A stretch of DNA of 64,000 nucleotides. Origin: Ignavibacteriota bacterium (GTDB taxonomy: Bacteria; Bacteroidota; Ignavibacteria; UBA10030). Within the stretch, counting starts at the first letter, position 1. Each line of letters begins with the position of its first letter. Positions 19,904-29,813 of this stretch are shown piece after piece. Where the stretch lies: NCBI GenBank assembly GCA_963727825.1, contig CAVSHO010000009.1, positions 64,001-128,000 of the forward strand. The letters are read 5' to 3'. Position numbers and translations under genes: made by a program. A model generated the notes under the pieces. The model had not been told where the DNA came from and did no database searches. It saw only the letters and a list, made by a program, of their open reading frames with translations.

Positions 19904-20572
19904 TTATGCAATACTAATTTTATCTAGAAATGCCACCGCACCCTGAGGATCATGAGAATAGCTATCTGCACCCATTTTCAAGGCAGCTTCCATAGTCAAA
20001 GGCGCACCGCCAACAATAATTTTCGTGTCTGGAAATTGTGTTTTAATTTCCTGAACTGTTTTCGACATATTGATCATAGTCGTCGTTAGCAAAGTGCTTA
20101 AACCGACTATGCAACCCGGAGTATTCCTGATCGTTTCTAAAAATTTGGCCGATTTAACATCGACACCCAAGTCTATTACTTCCCAGCCATTACCTTCGAT
20201 AACCATTCTGACAAGATTTTTGCCAATGTCATGCAAGTCGCCTGCGACAGTACCAAGCACAAATTTTCCCTTTGCTTTAATACTTCCCTTTTTGAAAAAT
20301 GGTTCAAGATGAACCATTACAACCTGCATCGCTTTAGCTGCCATTAATAGTTCAGGAACAAATACTTCGTTTCTACTGAACCGTTCCCCGATCCGCTGCA
20401 TTCCATCGTTGCATGCTTTTAGAATAATATCAGGGCCCACTCCTTCTAATAATGCTTGCTTTGTCAATTCATCCGCACCTTCCTGATTTTTTAAATCGGG
20501 TGGATATGGGGCAATCTTGTTAACCTTTCCTCGTTCAATGCATAAACTAATTCTATCAACCAATTCACTCAT
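19904..20572 (-). CDS. Corrinoid (cobalamin-binding) protein, cap plus B12 domain
   Basis: GMQRIGERF..NEVFVPELLMAA, GDLHDIGKNLV (DxHxxG), DLGVDV, GLSTL, IVGGAP. Confidence 0.92.
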   Translation of the reverse strand: MSELVDRISLCIERGKVNKIAPYPPDLKNQEGADELTKQALLEGVGPDIILKACNDGMQRIGERFSRNEVFVPELLMAAKAMQVVMVHLEPFFKKGSIKAKGKFVLGTVAGDLHDIGKNLVRMVIEGNGWEVIDLGVDVKSAKFLETIRNTPGCIVGLSTLLTTTMINMSKTVQEIKTQFPDTKIIVGGAPLTMEAALKMGADSYSHDPQGAVAFLDKISIA

Positions 20573-20637
20573 GTCGAATTCCTTTTGCTATATCGATACT
20601 AGATTTTTCTTAGTTTAAAATTGTGGATCAATAATAT

Positions 20638-22347
20638 CTATTTATATACCTCGTCATTCCCTTGGTACTCAAACCAATCATAATTTGCTATGTTCTTGCT
20701 CATCTGGCCCAGTGAAGTAGCGTACATTGCGTACATAGAACCAACAAATCCACCGGCAATCCGCGTACTTAAGAATGTGGCATCAACATTGTCCTTAAGC
20801 AAATTCCATTGATTGTATATCGAGGAATAGAAAAATGCATACGTGTTTCCCCGTGCTTCAATTTTTAAGTACACTGCTTTTTCGGACATTTCTTTAGAAA
20901 GTTTTTGAGATGCCAAGAGTTCCATAGTGTTGCGTTTAGATCCGGTTCCCGATTTATACAATTGAACCACCGGCTCATTTTCATCAACCGACTCACAAAG
21001 AAAGTAAAAATGTTCTTCATTTTGGAAAACTAACAGACCGGCTTTTTCATTACTTCCCTGAGGGGAGAATTCTAAGGCGACGCTTGCAGACCCATATGCA
21101 TGCTGTTGACGTCTGCCAATAAAACTCGGGTTCTTAATTCCAGAACACATTTCTGGCCTTACCTTGATCGATAGAAATCCCTTCTTACTCTCAAGATTAT
21201 ACCAACTTTCATGTGGAGTTCTCAGGAAGACCCAATCCGGATGAAGTTTTGGCTGATCAAATTCATCTCTGAGAATGAAATTACCGCTGTACGGATGAGA
21301 ATCTTCATCGATGGATGATTGCATTGGATATGGATACGAATACTGAACCAATTCGTAGTCAGGGTTGATAACCGGCCAGCCATCCTTCCATTTTACTGGC
21401 GCTAGAAATGTCTCTCGGCCAATATTCGTATAACCCTCTTCAACAGGTGGATAGGGCCTGGAACCTAAAAAGACCGACCACCAATCTCCAGCATTTGTCT
21501 GCACAAAGTCGGCATGCCCGGTACAGGTTATGGGAAATTTCCGTTTGGGATCCAAATGCCGCTGAGTAAGAATTGGATTTTTCTGATATGGAATATATGG
21601 ACCTTCCACCTTTGTACTTCTAAAAACCACTTCTGAATGCTGATCTGCCGTTCCACCTTCCGCTGCTATAAGATAATAGAATCCATCTTTCTGAAATATG
21701 TGAGGTCCCTCGATCCAGACCGGTTTCTTTGAAATATCAACCCCACCATTTACTAGTAATATTTCTTCTCCCATCGTCTTGAGGCTGTCAAAATCGAATG
21801 CACGCATTCTGATCGTCCGATGGCCGTCATAGAGAGACCTATCATTTGGCGGTATACTATTATAGAGTATGTAGGCATTCCCGTTTTTATCGAAAAACAA
21901 TGAGGGGTCTATACCGTTGATTTGCGGCAGCCAGACGGGGTTGGACCATGGTCCTGCAGGATTTTTTGCTGTAATAACAAAATTCCCGCCTATATCTACC
22001 AATGTGCAGGTAATATAATAGAGTCCTTTATGATGCCGAATAGCTGGTGCAAAAATGCCGCGAGATACACCTTGGCCATCGAGATTCAATTGTTCCACTC
22101 GATTCATTGCATGACCAATGAGCTTCCAATGCACTAAATCCTTACTGTGGAAGACCGGGATACCGGGGAAATATGAAAATGACGAGTTCACTAAATAATA
22201 ATCCGTCCCGACCCTGCAAATACTCGGATCTGGATAGAAGCCAGCAAGAATTGGATTCGTGAATCCCTTTTTATCCTGCGCAGATGAATTGCAGCATAGA
22301 ATGAAAAAGAGTATGAAGAAGACTGTTCGCATAATTAATCGATCCAT
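20638..22347 (-). CDS. GH43 beta-xylosidase/arabinofuranosidase with C-terminal beta-sandwich, secreted
   Basis: NPILAGFYPDPSICR, IFAP, IDPSLF, WIEGPH, AEGGT, GHAD, GRETFL; signal peptide. Confidence 0.92.
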   Translation of the reverse strand: MDRLIMRTVFFILFFILCCNSSAQDKKGFTNPILAGFYPDPSICRVGTDYYLVNSSFSYFPGIPVFHSKDLVHWKLIGHAMNRVEQLNLDGQGVSRGIFAPAIRHHKGLYYITCTLVDIGGNFVITAKNPAGPWSNPVWLPQINGIDPSLFFDKNGNAYILYNSIPPNDRSLYDGHRTIRMRAFDFDSLKTMGEEILLVNGGVDISKKPVWIEGPHIFQKDGFYYLIAAEGGTADQHSEVVFRSTKVEGPYIPYQKNPILTQRHLDPKRKFPITCTGHADFVQTNAGDWWSVFLGSRPYPPVEEGYTNIGRETFLAPVKWKDGWPVINPDYELVQYSYPYPMQSSIDEDSHPYSGNFILRDEFDQPKLHPDWVFLRTPHESWYNLESKKGFLSIKVRPEMCSGIKNPSFIGRRQQHAYGSASVALEFSPQGSNEKAGLLVFQNEEHFYFLCESVDENEPVVQLYKSGTGSKRNTMELLASQKLSKEMSEKAVYLKIEARGNTYAFFYSSIYNQWNLLKDNVDATFLSTRIAGGFVGSMYAMYATSLGQMSKNIANYDWFEYQGNDEVYK

Positions 22348-22351
22348 TTTT

Positions 22352-25300
22352 TTACCTTCCTGTATTTGATCTAAGTGCTCCGTAAAAACTTTCAGGAGGA
22401 CCCAAATAGCATTGTTTCACACCGCCTGTATTCACGACAACCTTTTGAAGAACAACACCGGGGTCAACCATCCAGATCTTCAACACGTGATAACCGGGCT
22501 TAGCAATTTTATGAGTTGAATGACTGTAGCGTGCGTTGTCTGCAACCGATTTCTCCCAGTCCATGTTCCCGTGCATCGCACTGAAATTGGCCGGTACCAG
22601 TGTGACGAGTTGCGGTGCCTCTGCATCAAACGAAATTGCATATCGAAGCTCGCGACCGGGTATAAAATTTAACGTCGGGGAATTAATTGTACAAACGTCA
22701 AATGTCCCGGGCTTAAATAAATACATTTGATATTCCAGACATGGTGCATCTATTCCCGGAACAGCGCTGCTCGCATTTGCCGGAGCCACAGCCCTCATCG
22801 CAGATAAAGTATTTCCATAATCTTCAATGTTCATCCATTGCCTAGAGCCAACATCTATTTTCTTCATATAATGCTCGGCTTCTATCGAAATAAAACCTTC
22901 TCCTTCAACGAAACCCTGCAATGAATCACGAGTCATCTCTGTCGGATAAAAAACGTCTATCTTTACATTGACCTCGCTATTTGTACCGATGATTTTTAAA
23001 GAACCAGTACATTTACCTTTTGGTACACTGCTCCAATCTATGTTAACCCAAATACGTTTATCTTTTTCTATAGTGCCCTTGAATTCGCTGAGCAATATCC
23101 ATGAGTCGCTGGCAATAGCACTGAACTCAAATGGTATTTTGCCTTTATTAAATACGTCAACATAATGATGCTGTTGATTGAATACATCGAATGAAGGCAG
23201 TACAGCTTCGGTTTGCGAATTAGGCCAAGATTCTTCAGAACCATCTACGGCAACACCCATGGCCGATGTATCCGGTACAGAAATCTCTGTTAGCTTGATT
23301 GCTCGCAGACTATTTTTTGGCGGATCCTGCCAACTTGTATAACCCAAATGTGTTTGATCCATAAAGTGATTCCATTTGCCATTAGCAAACGTGCGATTGA
23401 AATAACCCATTAAACTCGTATCTGCCTGGAATAAATCACGAGTTCTACTCGCCATGTCGTTTGTGCTGACTCGACCTTGATGTGCATATAAAACATTTTT
23501 ACCAGCAGTAAAGTACAATTCGTTCACCAATGCACTGGCTTTTGTGGGAAACAACACCAATTCATAAAATGCGTCACGCTTGTTTTCAGGCAACTTGCCC
23601 GAAATTTCTTCAGCCTTTTTAGTGAGCGTATTAAAATCTGCTACAACTTTTTCCGCTTCCTGATAATTGACTAAGCTGTAAGTTGTCGGACTGAGTAATT
23701 CGGGTTTCCGTCGCCCATTGTATTTTGTGTACTTAGAAAGAATGTCTGCAATTTCTTTGGCATAGGTTGATCCAAATTCCCGCTCAGCCCAGAGCCTTGT
23801 ATATTCACCGATATTATCGTTCTTCCACCTCTCCGTGTTCCAGGCAAGATCCATAAAATATTCTAGCGGAAACTCAAGGCCCTTGAAGTGACCGACGTTC
23901 ACAATCCATATCCTATCGGCACCATATTGTTTGGCAAGTGACATCTGATCCCATATTTTGGGAATCGGATTGGTGTTGACCCATTGGTAGTTTCTGGGCC
24001 CGCCGTGATAGTCGAAGTGATAATAGATTCCTGCACCACCCTGCCGTTTGTTTTCTTCAACAGTCGGCAGACGACGAACATTACCCCAATTATCCTCAGC
24101 CCACAAGAGCGTCACATCGTCGGGAACGCGAAAGCCCTCGTTGTAGTAAGCCAGTACTTCCTTATAGGGACACCATAGTTGGGGTACCTTAGTCACATCT
24201 TTATTTATTTCCTGTTCAATTATACTCCGCTGATCATTTATGATATTTGTCAACAAGTCCATGCTTTGAGCATCTGTACCGCCCGGGATCATTTCCGTAT
24301 CATTTTCTCCCCGCAAGCCTATAGTAATGATGCTCTCATATTTTTTATTACGCCTGATACCTTCACGCCAAAAGTTTTTAAGAACATCCGGATGTTGGGC
24401 ATAATTCCATGGTCCTACCGTTTTAAAGTAGCGTCGATCCCACTCTTTCTGCGCTCTGAGCATAGGTTCTTGATGCGAATTACCCATAACAATCCCATAT
24501 TCATCTGCAAGTCGGGGATTTTCCGGATCGTCTTCATTAAAAGCATTATTCCACATGGCCGGCCAGAGATAATTTCCTTTCAGCCTGAGGATCAACTCAA
24601 ACAACTTTTCATAAAACTGATGATTGTAATTGGCAACACCCGCCGGTATTGGCGGATTTTCGCTTGGAGGAATTGTACCAAATTTTTCAGTAATCCAATT
24701 AGTAAGATCCGGATATTCATCGTTGAGAAAGATTCCTCGATATTTAACGGAAGGCGGTCCTTGTACATATTTACCAGGGATCACAAAAAGGGCATCTTTA
24801 TGTTCTATGGAAACATCCGCCCACCAATACCAGGGAGAGACACCTATCTTTTTCGAAAGGTCATATATTCCATAAATTGTTCCCCGTTTATCACTACCGG
24901 CAATGACAAGTGCTCGTTTGATATGTGGAAACGGATTTTCTACAACTTGGATAAGAAAGGATTCCCATTTTCCCGATATATCATTGACAACGAGTTTCTT
25001 TTCTTTTATCAATCTATCGATAAGCTCGTTCTTCCCTAATGTACCAATTAACACTACTTCCCTTGCTCGTGGCAAGGAGTCGAAACTAAAGGCCGGTTCC
25101 CGCGATGTAACCTTTTTGATATCACTTTGCAAATGCCTTGCAGCCAGAACTATTCCTGGAAAATCTTTCGAGCTAATTATAATGGACGCAACACTTTCAG
25201 CAGATGAGATGGAATAATTGTTGTTTTGTTTTTCAAATTTAATATATGCTGTTTGTTCTTGGGCTTGCATTTTCCCGACTATAGATAGTCCAAGAAAACT

Positions 25301-25381
25301 CATGAGATATATGAAATGCAGCGAATTCTTCAGATATGTGTTATTTTTAAAGTTATAGCCAGAAAATTTTAATGGGGGCAT
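22352..25381 (-). CDS. GH115 xylan alpha-1,2-(4-O-methyl)glucuronidase
   Basis: GSDKRGTIYG, GVSPWYWWAD, YRGIFLNDE, LRLKGNYLWPAMW, SHQEPM, DNWG, YYHFDYHGGPRNYQW, WIVNVG, MVDPGVVLQK. Confidence 0.92.
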   Translation of the reverse strand: MPPLKFSGYNFKNNTYLKNSLHFIYLMSFLGLSIVGKMQAQEQTAYIKFEKQNNNYSISSAESVASIIISSKDFPGIVLAARHLQSDIKKVTSREPAFSFDSLPRAREVVLIGTLGKNELIDRLIKEKKLVVNDISGKWESFLIQVVENPFPHIKRALVIAGSDKRGTIYGIYDLSKKIGVSPWYWWADVSIEHKDALFVIPGKYVQGPPSVKYRGIFLNDEYPDLTNWITEKFGTIPPSENPPIPAGVANYNHQFYEKLFELILRLKGNYLWPAMWNNAFNEDDPENPRLADEYGIVMGNSHQEPMLRAQKEWDRRYFKTVGPWNYAQHPDVLKNFWREGIRRNKKYESIITIGLRGENDTEMIPGGTDAQSMDLLTNIINDQRSIIEQEINKDVTKVPQLWCPYKEVLAYYNEGFRVPDDVTLLWAEDNWGNVRRLPTVEENKRQGGAGIYYHFDYHGGPRNYQWVNTNPIPKIWDQMSLAKQYGADRIWIVNVGHFKGLEFPLEYFMDLAWNTERWKNDNIGEYTRLWAEREFGSTYAKEIADILSKYTKYNGRRKPELLSPTTYSLVNYQEAEKVVADFNTLTKKAEEISGKLPENKRDAFYELVLFPTKASALVNELYFTAGKNVLYAHQGRVSTNDMASRTRDLFQADTSLMGYFNRTFANGKWNHFMDQTHLGYTSWQDPPKNSLRAIKLTEISVPDTSAMGVAVDGSEESWPNSQTEAVLPSFDVFNQQHHYVDVFNKGKIPFEFSAIASDSWILLSEFKGTIEKDKRIWVNIDWSSVPKGKCTGSLKIIGTNSEVNVKIDVFYPTEMTRDSLQGFVEGEGFISIEAEHYMKKIDVGSRQWMNIEDYGNTLSAMRAVAPANASSAVPGIDAPCLEYQMYLFKPGTFDVCTINSPTLNFIPGRELRYAISFDAEAPQLVTLVPANFSAMHGNMDWEKSVADNARYSHSTHKIAKPGYHVLKIWMVDPGVVLQKVVVNTGGVKQCYLGPPESFYGALRSNTGR

Positions 25382-25447
25382 TTCGCATCCTTTATTTCTG
25401 CAAAAACCTTTATAGAATTTCGAGAACTTTGATGTTAATTAAGAACA

Positions 25448-25463
25448 ATTGAACCGTTTTAAT
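25448..25463. promoter_or_regulatory. LacI-type operator upstream of the GH115 operon
   Basis: ATTGAACCGTTTTAAT; on the minus strand it directly follows TTACCT-N17-TAATAT. Confidence 0.78.
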
Positions 25464-25646
25464 ATTAGCCACATTATATTATTAAGGTAAGAAAAAACCT
25501 CTGAAAAAAAAGCAACAATATCCCGCTAAATAACTCCACAATAATTGCTGCTTCGTAGGTGAAAAACTATTTTAAAGTTTATTAAGTTCAATGTGAATTA
25601 AATCGATTTTATTTAATACTTTCATATTTAATTGCTTATTACTATT

Positions 25647-25662
25647 ATTATACCGGTTCAAT
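25647..25662. promoter_or_regulatory. Variant operator upstream of lacI (autoregulation)
   Basis: ATTATACCGGTTCAAT (reverse complement ATTGAACCGGTATAAT), following TATTAT, 15 bp before the ATG. Confidence 0.65.
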
Positions 25663-25677
25663 TCTAAGGAAGGTTAT

Positions 25678-26709
25678 ATGAAAAAGATTACTATCGATGA
25701 TGTTGCTAAGAGAGCAAACGTTTCCAAGGGAACTATCTCTGCAGTCATCAATGCAAAAAACACTGTTAGGCCGGTTACACGTGATCACATTTTAGAAACG
25801 ATGAAAGAACTTAACTTTCGTCCGAAGGGTGTTGCAAGGAACCTCAAAAACGGAAATCAGGATAAATGCATTGGTATTATTATTAAGGATATTAATTATC
25901 CATTCTATACATCCATCGCGTCCGGAGTGTGTGATTTTGCCAAAACGATGGGGTATTCAGTCATTATAACAAGTTCTGAAAATGATCACGCATCTGAGAA
26001 AAGATTTTCACATCTTTTTTCCGCAAAAGATATCAAAGGAGCTATTATTGCTCCTATCGTAGAAGGGACAGCGGAAATTGAACACTTGTTCAAACTGAAG
26101 ATGATCAACTATCCTTTCGTCTTACTGGAAGATGTTAAGGGCATACAGGCCAACGTGGTAGCAATCGATAATCTTAGAGCTATAAAAAAGGCGGTCAAGT
26201 ATCTTATTGAAAGCGGCCATAAAAATATCGTGCATTTTGCCGGCCCTCCAGAATCCTCGCATACTCAAGAGCGCATTGAGGGATTCCGCCATGCATTCAG
26301 TGAAAGCACTCTAGTTTTCAATGAAGATATGATTGTCTCAGTTGGATCGATATATGAAGAAAGTCATTCAAAAACGATCGAGTTTTTTAAGAATAGAAGT
26401 CGCGAGAACTTCCCAACGGCTATCGTTTGCTTCAATGACCAGCAAGCTCTTGCAGTCTTGACTGGTTTGAAGGAATTGAGCATCAAAGTGCCGGAAGAAA
26501 TTTCTGTCATTGGCAATGATGATATTTATTATGCCAAGATTTATCCAGTCCCGCTGACGACAATTCGGGCTCCCCAGCACGAGATCGGCTATCGAGCTGC
26601 AGAGATTTTAATCAGGAATATAGAATCTTCGGTACTGTTACCGAATGAAAAAGTAATTCTCGATACAGAATTTATAATACGAGAATCATCAAGGGTACTG
26701 AATAAATAA
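25678..26709 (+). CDS. LacI-family transcriptional regulator
   Basis: ITIDDVAKRANVSKGTISAVIN helix-turn-helix; PTAIVCFND, VPEEISVIGNDD, PLTTI. Confidence 0.93.
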   Translation: MKKITIDDVAKRANVSKGTISAVINAKNTVRPVTRDHILETMKELNFRPKGVARNLKNGNQDKCIGIIIKDINYPFYTSIASGVCDFAKTMGYSVIITSSENDHASEKRFSHLFSAKDIKGAIIAPIVEGTAEIEHLFKLKMINYPFVLLEDVKGIQANVVAIDNLRAIKKAVKYLIESGHKNIVHFAGPPESSHTQERIEGFRHAFSESTLVFNEDMIVSVGSIYEESHSKTIEFFKNRSRENFPTAIVCFNDQQALAVLTGLKELSIKVPEEISVIGNDDIYYAKIYPVPLTTIRAPQHEIGYRAAEILIRNIESSVLLPNEKVILDTEFIIRESSRVLNK

Positions 26710-26748
26710 GAACCTGGTTGTACTGCATTAGTATTTCCAAATATGGAA

Positions 26749-27714
26749 TTATGTTTTCAGTAATTCCTTCCATATAAGCGCTGCAGCTCCAAGAATCGCG
26801 GAATTGCCAAGCGGCAAACCCGACGGCAACAAGCGGACCTTATTTTTAAAAATATTGAGCAGGTATTCTTCCATGTATTTCTTTGTGGGATTAAAGATGA
26901 AATCCCCCGATGCCGCCAATCCTCCGCAAAGAATAATTGCTTCCGGACTTGTATAAGCAATAGAATCTGCAAGTTTCAATCCGAGATATTTTCCTGTCAT
27001 TTCAAATGCTTCCAATGCGAGTTTATCTCCATGCTGTGCCGCTTCGAAGATGCGTTTTGACGTAATACTTTCAAGACTGATTTCACGGAGCTCACTCGAA
27101 GATGATGTCGTGTGAAGAAGTTCCTCAACTGTTCTTTGAATTCCGCTCGCTGATGCGTAAGTCTCCAAGCACCCGCGCCGTCCGCAACCGCACAGACGAC
27201 CATTCGGATCAACAATAGTGTGGCCAATCTCTCCTGCAAAACCATCATGGCCGTAAATGAGTTCTCCATTTGCTACGATGCCGCTGCCAAGACCGGTCCC
27301 TAAAGTAATAACAATAAAATCTTTCATTCCTTTTGCTGCGCCGAATAACATCTCCCCAAGCGCGGCGGCATTCGCGTCATTCGTTAGTGCAATAGGGATG
27401 GAATACCAACGGCGCAGTATTGAAACAACATCAACAAATTTCCAGCTTAAATTCGGCGGCTGCTCGATGGTACCTTTATAGTAATTAGCGTTTGGAGCGC
27501 CTAAACCGATACCTATAAGTTTAAAATTTTCTTTCCCTGATTCAAAAAGAATCTCAGCTTGTTTATGAAGCCGTTCAAAAAATTCTTCTGACGGCTGATG
27601 TGCTTCTGTTGTCATTGAAGCTTCAGCGAGAAGCTTTCCTTCATGATCGACATATCCGAAAGTTGTGTTTGTGCCTCCGATATCTACACCAAGAACTACT
27701 TCTTTTTGATCCAT
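26749..27714 (-). CDS. ROK-family sugar kinase (glucokinase-like); own start MDQKEV with RBS
   Basis: GVDIGGT, NDANAAALGE, TLGTGLGSG, AGEIGH, CGCGRRGCLE; AAGGA upstream of the ATG at 27714. Confidence 0.88.
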   Translation of the reverse strand: MDQKEVVLGVDIGGTNTTFGYVDHEGKLLAEASMTTEAHQPSEEFFERLHKQAEILFESGKENFKLIGIGLGAPNANYYKGTIEQPPNLSWKFVDVVSILRRWYSIPIALTNDANAAALGEMLFGAAKGMKDFIVITLGTGLGSGIVANGELIYGHDGFAGEIGHTIVDPNGRLCGCGRRGCLETYASASGIQRTVEELLHTTSSSSELREISLESITSKRIFEAAQHGDKLALEAFEMTGKYLGLKLADSIAYTSPEAIILCGGLAASGDFIFNPTKKYMEEYLLNIFKNKVRLLPSGLPLGNSAILGAAALIWKELLKT

Positions 27715-28794
27715 TCCAATCCTTTTTATATGAGGGTGCGCTCCATTCCAGCTCACCCCGATTTTCTCAACATTAAGGCGCTGATATCGCTCCAAAACCT
27801 GACGCATTAGTTCTATAGTCTCACCTATTCCACGCAAGTCTTTCATCGCTGGAATTTGAATCGATTGTGTAAAATCTAAATTATTAAGCTTCTGCACATC
27901 ACTAACAAGTCGTGCGATAGGCCGACTGATTTGGTTTGCAAGCATCCAGCCAAGGACCAGCATTATAAACACAAAGCCTAAAACGAGAGAGGTGGTGTAT
28001 AGCAACAAATCTTCCACCGGTTTAAGTATTGTCTTTTCCGGCACAGCGATAATCAGCCACATCTGAGCGGTCTTAAATGCGCTTATCAGAACACGCCAAT
28101 TGGATTTATTTTGACATACACTCTGCAACGTGCTTACTCGTTCCTCCATACCATGTATATCGACAGGTTTAAAGGAAGATTGATTTTGTATCAGCACTGC
28201 TGATAAGCTTTTAATGCTTGCGGAATAATTTTCACCTATTGGCAGGGCGGCAAAGAGTGTATTCAATTTTTTTGCATCCCAGGTAATCGTCAGAACGAAT
28301 GGAATGTCCTGAACGTTAAACCGCGTTTGCATAATAAATAATTCTTGATGCTGTAAGGTATCATTTACCCATTGTATGTGTAATGTGGTGTCTATCTTCG
28401 AACAAACCCATGCGCTGTCCTTTATCGGCATATTGAATGCAGGGTAGGAAGTGTTCTGGCTCGTAAGTTCGTCGGGAAGTTTAGGTGATCGAATCTTGAT
28501 TTGTACGATTTCTGGATGAAGCGTCATCATAGAGCGAAGAAGGATTTCACCTTCTTTCGGACGCTCAGTTATTTGCCCAACGATGAATCTTGTTACGTCC
28601 GACCATGAAGCAATGGTGCGGTCAAGATTCTCGATAGCATAACTTTGTAATTGTTGAACGATATTCAATCGTTCCGTGATAACTGATGCCTCATACTTCG
28701 GTCGAATCACAGTCAAGACAATGAGGAGTGTGAGAGCTGTGATGCTTCCTAAAACAATAAAAAATCGATTTCGAAGAGAAAGTCGTAAGCGCAT
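27715..28794 (-). pseudogene. N-terminal half of a membrane sensor (TM-periplasmic-TM-HAMP), truncated and reading in frame into the ROK gene
   Basis: Two hydrophobic helices and a HAMP-like ISRPIARLV...DLRGIGETIELMRQVL segment; no kinase domain; the linker contains a hairpin at 27734-27758. Confidence 0.6.
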
Positions 28795-29056
28795 CGTTTC
28801 CTTTTATCGGACTATTTATACTGCACAAACACTTGAAATAATAAGTATAAATCACGTCAACCTCCATAGTTTTTAGGAAAAGAGCGGTGGTTATCTGTAA
28901 TAGAAGACATCATTTAGAGCCCAATTCCTTTTTCGAACTGTGCTTTTTCATTTTAAATTAATATAACTTTCCTATAAAAAATTCGTATAATAAATCGAAT
29001 CCAATCCAATTCTCGAATTACACTTTCACTGTACATTTAAAAAGGAGCGGCGCATC

Positions 29057-29491
29057 ATGGAAAAACATATTTCACTCGTTGGAATTCTAAACATTGTTTA
29101 TAATGCTTTGGGGATCATTGGCGCATTTGTCCTTTTCGCAATCTCAATCGGTTTTAGATATTTCTTTGAGTTGATCTCTCGGTGCAGTCACCACGGAATG
29201 GATGAAATTCCTCCTGAATTGATGGACATATTACCGTTCATCCTGTCTATTATCGGGATTTTTATCTTGACATTTTCTATTATCGGAATTATTGGTGCTG
29301 TCGGTGTGATTAAGAAAAAAGAATGGGGTCGGATTATAATGCTCGTGGTATCATTTTTCGATCTGATACGTATGCCGCTCGGTACCGTTCTTGGCGTCTA
29401 TAGTATTTGGGTGCTTCTGAATGATGAAACTATCCGGTTCTTTAATCCAGTTCTTAATGCACCGGCTGAAAAACCAACAACCCAATCTTGA
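29057..29491 (+). CDS. Hypothetical membrane protein
   Basis: AAGGAG RBS; several hydrophobic helices; PLGTVLGVYSIWVL. Confidence 0.7.
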   Translation: MEKHISLVGILNIVYNALGIIGAFVLFAISIGFRYFFELISRCSHHGMDEIPPELMDILPFILSIIGIFILTFSIIGIIGAVGVIKKKEWGRIIMLVVSFFDLIRMPLGTVLGVYSIWVLLNDETIRFFNPVLNAPAEKPTTQS

Positions 29492-29503
29492 GACAATCTT
29501 TAT

Positions 29504-29812
29504 ATGAAAATTCTCGCGCTTGAAAAAGAAGTTGCTGGAATTACAGACGAGCAATTCACGCCTCCTCTTTTGAAAGAAGAAGCGATGCGGGCATGGGCGC
29601 TGCATCAAACGGGAATTATTCGCGAGCTGTACTTCCGGCCGGATCGAAATGAAGCAGTTTTGATTCTCGAATGCAAAGATGCTGATGAAGCTCAATCTGT
29701 GCTTGCAACACTACCGTTGGTTAAGTCGGGATTGATTGCATTTGAAATCATTCCGCTTATTCCTTACGACGGTTTTGCACGACTTTTTTCGGAAGAATTT
29801 ATACGAAAATAA
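29504..29812 (+). CDS. Muconolactone delta-isomerase-like small dimeric-barrel protein
   Basis: EEAMRAWALHQTGIIRELYF, AVLILEC, LATLPLV, FEIIPL. Confidence 0.6.
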   Translation: MKILALEKEVAGITDEQFTPPLLKEEAMRAWALHQTGIIRELYFRPDRNEAVLILECKDADEAQSVLATLPLVKSGLIAFEIIPLIPYDGFARLFSEEFIRK

Positions 29813-29813
29813 T

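Noticed and set aside
24179-25039. 286-aa plus-strand ORF and the many other short overlapping ORFs in the track
   Set aside because: They are antisense or off-frame shadows of well-supported genes and have no recognisable motifs.
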